From Thermovibrio guaymasensis (GTDB lineage Bacteria; Aquificota; Aquificia; Desulfurobacteriales; Desulfurobacteriaceae), in contig NZ_RBIE01000001.1 of the NCBI RefSeq assembly GCF_003633715.1, positions 931,931 through 963,930 of the forward strand: a stretch of 32,000 bases of DNA. The letters run 5' to 3'. Numbering within the stretch: position 1 is the first letter of the stretch; the number at the start of each line of letters is the position of its first letter. Below, in pieces: positions 8,634-17,343 of the stretch. Under the pieces are notes generated by a model, which saw only the letters and a program-made list of their open reading frames with translations, did no database searches and had not been told where the DNA came from. The position numbers and the translations under genes were made by a program.

Positions 8634-9609
8634 CTCTCCTCTTCATAGGAATTAATACGGTTACCTGGGTTCCCACCCCCTTCTCACTCTTAACCCTTAC
8701 CTCTCCTCCGTGTCCCTTAACAATCTCCCTAACTATAAACAGACCCAATCCACTTCCCTTCTCCTTAGTCGTGAAGAATGGAAGGAAAAGGTTGTCAAGT
8801 TCCTCTTCATCCATCCCTCTACCGGTATCTAAAAAGTTAACGTAGATAAAGTCTGCAGGCCTTATCGCGTAACCGGTTTCAACCGTAAGCTCTCTCCTTT
8901 TAGAGTTCTCCATAGCCTCAAGGGCATTCTTGACTATGTTTATAAAAGCTTGCGTTAGCTTATCCGGGTCAACAGGGATCTCAGGGAGGGAAGGATCAAA
9001 GGTGTAATTTACTTTAACTCCCATTGAGTTTATCCTGTGGGAAAAGAGGTTTACTGCCTTCTGAATTACCCTGTGAATGTTCTCATGTTTAAATGAGGGC
9101 TTTGAGAAATCGTAACCCTTTGATATGTCTTTAAGGAGCCTCTCTATCCTCTCAACTTCGCCTATTATAACGTTAGCAAGCTCCTCATCGTAAACCTTAA
9201 GCTCCTTAAAGAGCTTTGCAGCTCCCTTTATACCTCCAAGGGGATTCATTATCTCGTGGGAGAGGCCTTTCAGAAAGAGGTGAAAGTTCCCTGTAAAGGG
9301 GTTTTCTGGTACCGGCTCAAATATAACTAAAACTCCTTTTTTCACGGAGGAGACGAAAAAGGGGGAGAAGTGGACGAAAGTATCCTTTAAACGGTAGCCT
9401 ATTACCTCTATCTCACCTTTAAAGGAGCGCTCAATCTGTTTATCAATTTCAGGGGAGGATAAGAGCTGGCTTAACTTCCTCCCCCTTAAGTACTTCTCCG
9501 AGCGGTTAAGGAAGAGCTCAAACTTCTGATTAACTTTCTCTACTTCACCCCTTTGGTTAACTATTACTAAAGGGAAAGGGTGGGAGAAGAGTAGATCTTC
9601 AAGCTCCAA
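8611..9609 (-). CDS. NtrB-like PAS-containing sensor histidine kinase
   Basis: SHEIMNPLGGIKGAAKLF H-box of NtrB type, N box, GRGMDEEEL, GSGLGLFIVREIV; overlaps the ntrC-like gene by 23 bp. Confidence 0.94.
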   Translation of the reverse strand: MELEDLLFSHPFPLVIVNQRGEVEKVNQKFELFLNRSEKYLRGRKLSQLLSSPEIDKQIERSFKGEIEVIGYRLKDTFVHFSPFFVSSVKKGVLVIFEPVPENPFTGNFHLFLKGLSHEIMNPLGGIKGAAKLFKELKVYDEELANVIIGEVERIERLLKDISKGYDFSKPSFKHENIHRVIQKAVNLFSHRINSMGVKVNYTFDPSLPEIPVDPDKLTQAFINIVKNALEAMENSKRRELTVETGYAIRPADFIYVNFLDTGRGMDEEELDNLFLPFFTTKEKGSGLGLFIVREIVKGHGGEVRVKSEKGVGTQVTVLIPMKRRDGKDLSC

Positions 9610-9626
9610 AGTCCTTCCTTAATCAA

Positions 9627-10028
9627 TTAGGTTATGAGGCCTCCGCCCCCTTTATTTCCGCCTTTTGGGAACTCCTTTAACTTTGATACGTCAATTGCGC
9701 CTGCTGAGGGAAGTTCTATACCGGCAGCAGCAGCCTTAAACTGCTGGTGAAACTCCTTTAACCTTGAACGGTCCCCAACGGGAACGATTGAGACTATCTG
9801 TGATTTAAGGATGTAAGCCTCTACAGGCTCATTTGCAGTAGGGTCAAGGGGCATAATTGTTGCCTGAGCTCCCTTTGTTGTAGGAAGAAGAGCAAAAGCT
9901 CCTGCCTCTTTGAGTTTTACGTGATCCGGTGAAATCTCCTCAACTATACCGATAATTCCAGAAGTCGGAACTACTCCCTCTCCACCGGCAGTTTGAATGA
10001 AAACCAGCTTACCTTTCAACTCTTCCAT
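9627..10028 (-). CDS. Conserved-looking uncharacterised protein (133 aa) with Gly-rich C-terminus
   Basis: In-operon ORF with a suitably placed SD (GGAGAGAG) just upstream; no recognised family. Confidence 0.8.
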   Translation of the reverse strand: MEELKGKLVFIQTAGGEGVVPTSGIIGIVEEISPDHVKLKEAGAFALLPTTKGAQATIMPLDPTANEPVEAYILKSQIVSIVPVGDRSRLKEFHQQFKAAAAGIELPSAGAIDVSKLKEFPKGGNKGGGGLIT

Positions 10029-10043
10029 CTCTCTCCTCCAGGT

Positions 10044-10775
10044 TTATTTTGGGAGATTTAATATATACCTTTCCTTAAAGAGAGAGTAGAGAGAAATTGC
10101 AACGGCGTTTGATACGTTTAAAGAGTTAACGTGCCCTCCCATCTCTATCTCAACGAGCTGGTCAACCTGCTTTAAAGTGCTCCTTGAAAGGCCCCTTCCC
10201 TCAGACCCTGCAACGAGTCCCAGGGGAAAAGGAAAGGAAACTTTTGAAAGGGGCTTACCTCCGGCCTCAAGCCCAAAAAGCCAACCACCTGCCTCCTTAA
10301 ACTCCCTCAGGGCAGTTGAGAAGCTGTTTACAACCGCAAAGGGAACGTAGAAAACAGCACCAGTAGAGGCCTTAACTACAGTTTCAGTTATAGTTACACT
10401 CCTGTCCTTTGGAAGGACTATCCCCTTAACCTTAAAGGCGTCTGCCGAACGGAAGATCGCCCCCAAGTTATGGGGATCCTCTATCCTGTCAAGGAAGAGG
10501 AGGTAACTCTTTTCATCTACCGTCCTCTTTAAGAGCTCTCCGTAATCTACAGGCTCAACAGGAGAGACTAGCGCAACTATACCTTGGTGTTTCTTCGTCT
10601 TTGAGAGCTCAAAGAGCTTCTTCTTTGGAACCTTTACTACCTTTATTCCGAGTTTCCTAGCAAGGGGAAGGATCTTTTCCCTATCCCTAAAGCCCTCTTC
10701 AACGTAGACCTTCAAGATAGGATAACCGGCCCTCAAGGCCTCTGCTACCGGGTTTACTCCGTAGATAACCATCAC
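10044..10775 (-). CDS. rlmB: 23S rRNA 2'-O-methyltransferase, SpoU/TrmH family (RlmB-like)
   Basis: GVNPVTEAL-like N-terminus, EDPHNLGAIFRSADAF, LVAGSEGRGLSR, SLNVSNAVAISLY. Confidence 0.92.
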   Translation of the reverse strand: MMVIYGVNPVAEALRAGYPILKVYVEEGFRDREKILPLARKLGIKVVKVPKKKLFELSKTKKHQGIVALVSPVEPVDYGELLKRTVDEKSYLLFLDRIEDPHNLGAIFRSADAFKVKGIVLPKDRSVTITETVVKASTGAVFYVPFAVVNSFSTALREFKEAGGWLFGLEAGGKPLSKVSFPFPLGLVAGSEGRGLSRSTLKQVDQLVEIEMGGHVNSLNVSNAVAISLYSLFKERYILNLPK

Positions 10776-11185
10776 TGACTCACCTTCAGGTCGTCTTCCG
10801 TTCCCTCTTCACCGTCAGGGCCGGGGGAAACAAGGGTAAAGTGTTTCCCATCTGAAACGTAAATAAAGTCGTTACCCCAGGCGTCCTTGGGGACCTCATC
10901 AAGGTAAGGCCCTTTCCAGTTCTTCGGAACTGGCTCAACTTCGGGCTTCTCAACTAAAGCCTTTAAACCCTGTTCGGTTGTTGGGTAAATTGAGTTGTGG
11001 AGCTTATAAAGCTTTAACGCCTGCTCAATGTTCTTCATCTGAACCTTAGTTGTTGTTGCCTTGGCCTCTTCACCGCTCCTTAAGAACTTTGGAGCTACAA
11101 CTGCAGCAAGAAGGCCTAGGATAACTATAACAACCATAAGTTCAATTAGGGTAAAGCCTCTCCTTTTACTCTCTCCACCAGTCAT
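10772..11185 (-). CDS. gspG: Type II secretion major pseudopilin GspG
   Basis: Prepilin leader RRG|FTLIELMVVIVILGLLAAVVAPK plus GspG C-terminal PTTEQGLKALVEKP, WGNDFIYVS...GPDGEEGTEDD. Confidence 0.95.
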   Translation of the reverse strand: MTGGESKRRGFTLIELMVVIVILGLLAAVVAPKFLRSGEEAKATTTKVQMKNIEQALKLYKLHNSIYPTTEQGLKALVEKPEVEPVPKNWKGPYLDEVPKDAWGNDFIYVSDGKHFTLVSPGPDGEEGTEDDLKVSQ

Positions 11186-11426
11186 CTCCTACCTCTCTAA
11201 CAAATTCAAGTTTTGTTACAAAGCCTCCTTCCTTCAAGTACTCTACAGCCTTCATTGCTTCATCGTAAAAGTCAGGAGCAACCCAGAGCTCTATAAGGCC
11301 TTCCTTAGAGCTCCTGGTCCTAACAGTAGCTATCTCGTGGTACCACTCAAAAATCGCGTTAATAAAGGCAATTTCCCTAGGGTCCACCCTGTAGAGCAAG
11401 TTCCTTCCCTTTATGAGCTTCCTCAC
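11166..11426 (-). CDS. DUF4911-like small protein
   Basis: Pattern recognition of an 86-aa RVDPREIAFINAIFEWYHEIATVRT... protein; overlaps both neighbours. Confidence 0.7.
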   Translation of the reverse strand: MRKLIKGRNLLYRVDPREIAFINAIFEWYHEIATVRTRSSKEGLIELWVAPDFYDEAMKAVEYLKEGGFVTKLEFVREVGDDWWRE

Positions 11427-12853
11427 AGCTCCATCCCCTCAAGGTACGCTCTCTCAAACTCTTTGCTCGTTGCAAGTTCAAGGACTTGAGTTTCAGACTT
11501 AAGCTCTTTAATCCTCCTTCTCTTTTCCCTACCTCCAAGCATTAAAGACGCTCCCCTTAGGGCTAGGTTGCCAACTGCTCTTGGAGGGGGTAACTCCTCA
11601 GGTATAAGCTTAACTCCCCTAACGCTCCTTGGGTCAACGTGACTTCCAAAGGCCCCTGAGAAGAAGAGCTCCCCTCCATCCCTACTCTCAGAGAGGACCT
11701 TCAGGGCTCCAAAAACTGCGCCCTTGGCAAGCAGGAACTTCCTAATATCGCTTTGGGTTAGTGCAACTACAGTTTCCCCGTCGTCGTAAAGAACAAAGGC
11801 CTTTTCACCGTTTACTTCCCTAATCTGCTGGGAAATTAGGGAAGGAGCATTAGGAGTAAAAGTCCCCTCTCTGTTTATCGCCCTAAAGCTCTTAAGGAGG
11901 TAGATTAGGTCAAAGTAGGCGCTTGCGCACATTCCCTTCGGCTTTTCTCCTCCAATTGTCAAGAACCTAAAGCTCCTTCCGTCAAAGAATACTTTGTAGA
12001 CTGCCCCAGGTGAAGCTGCCATCCCAGAAAAGAGGCCAACTCCCTCAAATGCAGGCCCTGCAGGAACTGACGTGGCAAGCTTTTCATTGAGAGTGTAGTA
12101 ACCAATTTCTGCATTAGTTCCAAGGTCTGCAACCAGGAAGTTCTCACTCCTCTCCTCAAGGACTAAGAAGTTTGAAAGGAAGTCTGAACCGACAAAGTTC
12201 TTTAAGGGAGGAGGGAAGTAGAAAAGTGTATCTGGAAAGGAGTCAAGGGAGAGCTCCCTCCCAGTCAAATAGACCTCCTCCTCAACTTCCAGGTTGAAAG
12301 GATACCTCTCAAATCCCTTAACAGGAAGGTTTAACATGAAGTGGTGGATTACAGGGTTTGAAACGGCAACGACGAAGGAAACCTCCCTACCAAACTGTTT
12401 TAAGAGGAGCTCAACAGTTTGAAGTAGGAGCTCCCTCAAAGTCTGGTAGTTTTCCCTTGACTGCTCTACCCTGGTTACTACGTCGGCTCCAAAGGAAGTC
12501 TGTAGGTTAACCGCCTTATAGCTATCTAAAAACTCTCCAGTTTCCAGACTGAATAGGGCAGCTTCAACTCCGGTTGTCCCTACGTCAAGGGCAACTCCAA
12601 AACCCTTTAGGTTTTCATCAACCGGAATTTGAGGAAGCTTCTCCCCTTTTCTAACAAGCTCCTGGTCCGGAACTTCAACTTCTCCCTTAAAGGGACCGAA
12701 GAGGAGGCAGGAGGGCTCCTCCCTACCTTCTACTTTAACTATACACTTTCCGCAGATTCCCCTTCCGCCGCAGTAGGCGGAGCGGATTAAACCTCTATCC
12801 CTTAAGACTTGATACAGGGTCTTTCCCTTTGGAACTTCTACAGTTAGCTTCAT
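11423..12853 (-). CDS. 2Fe-2S / ASKHA-domain protein (RACo-like corrinoid activation protein family)
   Basis: N-terminal CGGRGICGKCIVKVEG...C 2Fe-2S ligands, GVALDVGTTGVEAALF, SFGADVVTRVEQS, DLGTNAEIGY, PAGPAFEG. Confidence 0.88.
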   Translation of the reverse strand: MKLTVEVPKGKTLYQVLRDRGLIRSAYCGGRGICGKCIVKVEGREEPSCLLFGPFKGEVEVPDQELVRKGEKLPQIPVDENLKGFGVALDVGTTGVEAALFSLETGEFLDSYKAVNLQTSFGADVVTRVEQSRENYQTLRELLLQTVELLLKQFGREVSFVVAVSNPVIHHFMLNLPVKGFERYPFNLEVEEEVYLTGRELSLDSFPDTLFYFPPPLKNFVGSDFLSNFLVLEERSENFLVADLGTNAEIGYYTLNEKLATSVPAGPAFEGVGLFSGMAASPGAVYKVFFDGRSFRFLTIGGEKPKGMCASAYFDLIYLLKSFRAINREGTFTPNAPSLISQQIREVNGEKAFVLYDDGETVVALTQSDIRKFLLAKGAVFGALKVLSESRDGGELFFSGAFGSHVDPRSVRGVKLIPEELPPPRAVGNLALRGASLMLGGREKRRRIKELKSETQVLELATSKEFERAYLEGMEL

Positions 12854-12861
12854 CTAACCCT

Positions 12862-13776
12862 TTAGTAGATAGGAGTTAGCCAGTGGGAGTACTTAGGGTT
12901 ATCCCCCTTAACAACGCTAAAGTAGACTTCCTGAAGTCTCTTAGTAATAGGTCCGATTTCACCGTTTCCAACTACAACGTGGTCAATCTGAACTACAGGA
13001 GCAACCTGGGCGGCGGTTCCCGTGTAGAAGACCTCGTCTGCAACGTAGAGCTCACTCCTCAGAATCGGCCTCTCCTCAACCGTTAGGCCAAGCTCTTCCC
13101 TTGCAAGGGTTATTACGGCATTTCTCGTTATGCCCTCAAGGATGTTTGAAAAGGAAGGAGTAGTGATTAACTTCCCGTCCCTGACTATGAAGATGTTTTC
13201 CCCGCTACCTTCAGCAACGGTTCCGTCAGGATTGAGCATTATAGCTTCATCGTAACCGTTTAGGAGGGCTTCAGTCTTTGCAAAGGCACTGTTAACGTAA
13301 GCTCCAGCAACCTTACAGCGGGCGGGAATCATAGTATCGTTAATCCTGTGCCAGGAAGAGGTCTTCGCCTTTAGTCCCCTTGAAAGGTCAAGGTAGTCAC
13401 CAAGGGGAACTGTATAGATTGCTATCTCCGTTTTATATCCGATTAACTTGGGAGAAATCGTAAGGTCTGAAAAGTAGGCTATGGGCCTTATGTAAGTATC
13501 CTCCTTGTGGCCACACTTCCTCAGGAGCTCAACAGTAATATCGGTTAACTCCTGAGCGCTCTTCTCAACCTTTAAGTTGAGAATCTTACAGTTTGCAAGC
13601 ATCCTTTCGTAGTGCTCCTTCAGAAAGAGGCCGTAGAGCTGCCCCTTCTCCTCGTTCCAGTAAGCCCTAACCCCTTCAAATACGGCAGTACCGTAGTGGA
13701 AGGAGTTTGTCTGAATGTTTATGTTTGCCTCTTCAATTGGAACGAACTTACCCTCAAAGTAAGCGTACCTCTTCAT
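12862..13776 (-). CDS. ilvE: Branched-chain amino acid aminotransferase
   Basis: FHYGTAVFEGVRAYW, GYDEAIMLNPDGTVAEGSGENIF, ITPSFSNILEGITR-type motifs. Confidence 0.96.
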   Translation of the reverse strand: MKRYAYFEGKFVPIEEANINIQTNSFHYGTAVFEGVRAYWNEEKGQLYGLFLKEHYERMLANCKILNLKVEKSAQELTDITVELLRKCGHKEDTYIRPIAYFSDLTISPKLIGYKTEIAIYTVPLGDYLDLSRGLKAKTSSWHRINDTMIPARCKVAGAYVNSAFAKTEALLNGYDEAIMLNPDGTVAEGSGENIFIVRDGKLITTPSFSNILEGITRNAVITLAREELGLTVEERPILRSELYVADEVFYTGTAAQVAPVVQIDHVVVGNGEIGPITKRLQEVYFSVVKGDNPKYSHWLTPIY

Positions 13777-14534
13777 TTCTCCTCCGCTCCTTTCCTACTT
13801 CTGTAAATTAGAATAGTTAAACCTGCCAAAAGCATTATAATACTAATAATCTGGTTGTTACTGAAAAGACCGAGGACATCCTTAGGAGTTGCCCTTAAGA
13901 ACTCTATAGAGAACCTAAAGAGGCCGTAGAGTATAAGGTAGAAGCCGAAGATCTCTCCAGGAAAGCGCCTCCTTCTATAGATCAGGTAGAGGATCAGCGC
14001 AATTAGGAAGTTTGCAAGTGATGAGAGGGGCTGAGTTGGGCAAAGGGGAACTCCAAGGGGAGCTGCAGAGTGGGGATCCTTAAAGACAATGGCAAAATGA
14101 GAGTGGCACTCCCTTCCGTAGCAGCATCCTGCCATGGTACAGCCAATCCTTCCAAAACCAAGGCCGACGGAGAGGGCAATTGAGGTTATGTCTGCAAACT
14201 TCCAAATCGGAATCTTCCTCTTTCTAATGAAGTAAAGGGCAGTTAGAGCTCCGAAGATAACCCCTCCGTACCAGACAAGCCCCCCTTCCCAGATAAATAG
14301 AACCCTATAGAGAGGCTTTGCATACTGGGGATTGTATATGAAGAAAAAGAGTCTCGCTCCGATTAAACCAGCAACAACGCTCCAGAACGCCGTATCAGCA
14401 ACGTCCTCCCTCCTTATTCCCTCCCTCTCTGCAAGTTTTAGGAGAATCAAGGAGCCGAAGAAAATTCCAAGGGCAACCATAACCCCGTAGGTGTATATAG
14501 TAATCGGCCCAAACTTAAAGAGTATCGGGTGCAT
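13773..14534 (-). CDS. lgt: Prolipoprotein diacylglyceryl transferase
   Basis: VWYGGVIFGALTALYFI, GRIGCTMAGCCYGR, LYGLFRFSIEFLR. Confidence 0.96.
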   Translation of the reverse strand: MHPILFKFGPITIYTYGVMVALGIFFGSLILLKLAEREGIRREDVADTAFWSVVAGLIGARLFFFIYNPQYAKPLYRVLFIWEGGLVWYGGVIFGALTALYFIRKRKIPIWKFADITSIALSVGLGFGRIGCTMAGCCYGRECHSHFAIVFKDPHSAAPLGVPLCPTQPLSSLANFLIALILYLIYRRRRFPGEIFGFYLILYGLFRFSIEFLRATPKDVLGLFSNNQIISIIMLLAGLTILIYRSRKGAEEK

Positions 14535-16049
14535 CTATACCTCCTTCTTTAAAAAGGCTAAAAGCACTTTATCTTTAAATAGGAAGAGGAGAAAAAAGTA
14601 AGCCAAAGAAGCAAAGAGAATAGTCCCAATCAAAACTGCAAGTTTAAACCCAAAGGAACTCCTTGAAAAGTAAATTAGACTTCCAAAGTAAGATACAATT
14701 CCAACGGGAACAGAGAAGATTAGGTACTTTAAACCCAACCTCCAAATACTGGGAAAGAGAGAGTAATTGAGCCTCTTTGATAGGAAAAAGGATAGGAGAA
14801 GCAAGTTTAAAAGGGAAGTAAAGCTCGTTCCAAGGGCAAGGCCGGGAGCTCCAAGACCGAGTACAAAACAGAGGATCAGATCTGTAAAGAGGTTAAAAAT
14901 CAAAGTCCCTGCAGATACGTAAACGGGAAGCTTAAACTCTTCAATTGAGTAAAAGGCGTTTGTAAATATCTTCTCAAGGGAAAAGAAGAAAAGTCCGACT
15001 GAGTAGCCTACCAAAACCCAGTAAGTCCCGTTGAGGGCTTCAACAGTGAACTTACCGTGGTTAAAGACAATATCAACTATCGGCTTACCGAAGAATACAA
15101 GGCCAACAGCAGAAGGGACTATAATGGTAGAACAGAGGGTCAATCCATCTAGGAGCTCCCTCCTTAAATCCTTCCTATCCTCCTTACTTGAAAACCTAGG
15201 AAGGAGGACTTGAGAAAGGCCTATCGCAAACATCCCCAGAGGAAGCTGAACGAACCTGTTTGCGTAGTAGAGGTAAGATATCGCTCCACTTGTTAAAAAG
15301 GAGGCTATAACTGTATCAATCAGCATTGAAAACTGCCTTACTGCAAAACCGAAAATGCCTGGAACTGTATTCTTCAAGGTCCTCAAAACGTCGGAAGTCA
15401 CCTTAAAAACCGGCTTTAAGGGGAAGGATAGCTTCCTTAAGAAGTAAACCTGAAGTAGGACCTGAAGGATACCCCCAAGGATAACCCCGACGGACAAACT
15501 CTCAATAGAGAGGTAACTTGAGAGGAAAAGGGCACAGAGAACCATTGATAGGTTAAAGAGGGTAGTTGAAAAGGCAGGGGCGAAGAAGTGGTTTAAGCTG
15601 TTTAAAATCCCTCCCATAAAGGCAACCAGGCTGACAAAGAGGATGTAGGGAAAGAGCTCCCTCAGAAGCTTAACAGCAAGGTAGAAGGAGTCTCCTTTAA
15701 AGCCCGGAGCAATCAACTTAACGATGTATGGAGCAAAAACTTCTCCCAAGATTAGGGTAAGTATTAGAAAGGAAAGGAGGAGGGTAAAGAAACTTCCGGC
15801 AAACTGGACTGCCTCTTCAAAAGAGCTCCTTAACTTCTTCGTAAAGGCGGGAACGAAGGCAGAATTGAAGGCCCCTTCTGCGAAAATCCTCCTTAAGAGG
15901 TTTGGAACTCTAAAGGCAACGAAGAAGACGTCTGTTAGAGCTCCTGCTCCAAAGAGGGTAGCTATAACTATGTCCCTTACAAGGCCTAAGAGGCGACTAG
16001 AGAAGATTGAGAGTGATACAATAGCTGCTGACTTTAATAACTCCTTCAT
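14535..16049 (-). CDS. murJ: Lipid II flippase MurJ / MviN family
   Basis: SRLLGLVRDIVIATLFGAGALTDVFFVAFRVPNLLRRIFAEGAFNSAFVPAF and multiple TM segments. Confidence 0.96.
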   Translation of the reverse strand: MKELLKSAAIVSLSIFSSRLLGLVRDIVIATLFGAGALTDVFFVAFRVPNLLRRIFAEGAFNSAFVPAFTKKLRSSFEEAVQFAGSFFTLLLSFLILTLILGEVFAPYIVKLIAPGFKGDSFYLAVKLLRELFPYILFVSLVAFMGGILNSLNHFFAPAFSTTLFNLSMVLCALFLSSYLSIESLSVGVILGGILQVLLQVYFLRKLSFPLKPVFKVTSDVLRTLKNTVPGIFGFAVRQFSMLIDTVIASFLTSGAISYLYYANRFVQLPLGMFAIGLSQVLLPRFSSKEDRKDLRRELLDGLTLCSTIIVPSAVGLVFFGKPIVDIVFNHGKFTVEALNGTYWVLVGYSVGLFFFSLEKIFTNAFYSIEEFKLPVYVSAGTLIFNLFTDLILCFVLGLGAPGLALGTSFTSLLNLLLLSFFLSKRLNYSLFPSIWRLGLKYLIFSVPVGIVSYFGSLIYFSRSSFGFKLAVLIGTILFASLAYFFLLFLFKDKVLLAFLKKEV

Positions 16050-16064
16050 GGTGGGGAATTATAA

Positions 16065-17342
16065 TTGAAAGTCTGCGTAATAGGTGCCGGAGTTGTAGGC
16101 AGCTTCCTAGCAAAGAAGTTAAGTAGGGAAGGTTACGAAATAGCGGTTGTTGACGTTGACCCATCAAAACTTGAACAGCTTTCCCTCACTGCAGATGTTT
16201 TAACTATAAACTGTAACGCCCTTGAAGTTAACTGCTTAAAGAAATTGGACGACTTTGAACTCTTCGTCGTCGTTACGGAGAGCGACGAGAAGAACGTTGC
16301 GATAACTACACTACTAAAATCGCTCTTTAAGAAAGAGAGAATCATCTTCAGAGTAACCAACAAAGCCCTTTCCTCCCCTCCCGTTAAAGAGTTCCTAAAG
16401 GCTGAACCTGTAAACATACTCTCTGAAACCGTCCAGAAAGTTCTACTGAGCGTTAAGTACCCCTTTGCAAAGGAAGCCATAAGGCTTGAAGGAGAAAACC
16501 TTATAATCTTGAAGATTGAAGTAAGCGTTGAGAGTCCTATTGCTGGGAAACAGATTGCAGAGCTCTCACCCCTCAGGAGGGAGCTCCCCTTCACAATAGT
16601 TGCAGTTGAAAGGGAAGGAAGAGTTATAATTCCAAAGGGAGAGGACTTCATCTTCCAGGGAGACGTAATCTACGTTGCAGTTAAAGAGGAGAAGGCCCAA
16701 GAGTTGGCCAAAGTCTTAAAAATACCCTATCAGCCGGTAAGACTTGTCTTTGTGGTAGGTTACTCGCCCTTTACCGAAGACCTCATCGGGAAGCTATCTG
16801 AGCTAAAGGATTTAAAAGTAAAGTTTATATCAAGGAATAAGAGAAAGTGTGAAGAGATATCCGGAAAGTACCCTGAGGTTGACGTCTTCTTCGGAGAGCC
16901 TACAGACGCCGAACTCCTCAAACAGGAGGGGATAGACAGGGCAGACCTAGTTGTATCAATAACTGAGGATGAGGAGGCGAACATACTCTCTGCAATCCTC
17001 TCAAAGAGGTTGGGTGCAAAAAGGGCATGTGCACTTATAACCCACCCTGAGTACGAGGAAATCGTTGAATCTATAGGAATAGACATACCGATAGCCCCAA
17101 GGAAAGTCCTTGCTGCAAAGGTGTACAGGCAGTTAAGTAGGAGGAAGTTCTTAGAGATTGTTGAGCTCTCAGACAACCTGGATGTCGTAGAGATAGACGT
17201 TGAGAAAGAAAGTTTAGTAAAGGATTCGGACGTCTGCGGTCTCATAGTTGCCGTAAAGAGGGACGGGGAGACAGAAATTGCAACCGGTTCTACCCTCTTA
17301 AAGCCGAAGGACAAGTTAATCTGCGTTGTTGAGAGGAAGTAA
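16065..17342 (+). CDS. trkA: Trk potassium uptake regulatory NAD-binding protein
   Basis: TTG start; MKVCVIGAGVVGSFLAKKLS Rossmann motif, duplicated RCK N/C architecture. Confidence 0.94.
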   Translation: MKVCVIGAGVVGSFLAKKLSREGYEIAVVDVDPSKLEQLSLTADVLTINCNALEVNCLKKLDDFELFVVVTESDEKNVAITTLLKSLFKKERIIFRVTNKALSSPPVKEFLKAEPVNILSETVQKVLLSVKYPFAKEAIRLEGENLIILKIEVSVESPIAGKQIAELSPLRRELPFTIVAVEREGRVIIPKGEDFIFQGDVIYVAVKEEKAQELAKVLKIPYQPVRLVFVVGYSPFTEDLIGKLSELKDLKVKFISRNKRKCEEISGKYPEVDVFFGEPTDAELLKQEGIDRADLVVSITEDEEANILSAILSKRLGAKRACALITHPEYEEIVESIGIDIPIAPRKVLAAKVYRQLSRRKFLEIVELSDNLDVVEIDVEKESLVKDSDVCGLIVAVKRDGETEIATGSTLLKPKDKLICVVERK

Positions 17343-17343
17343 A

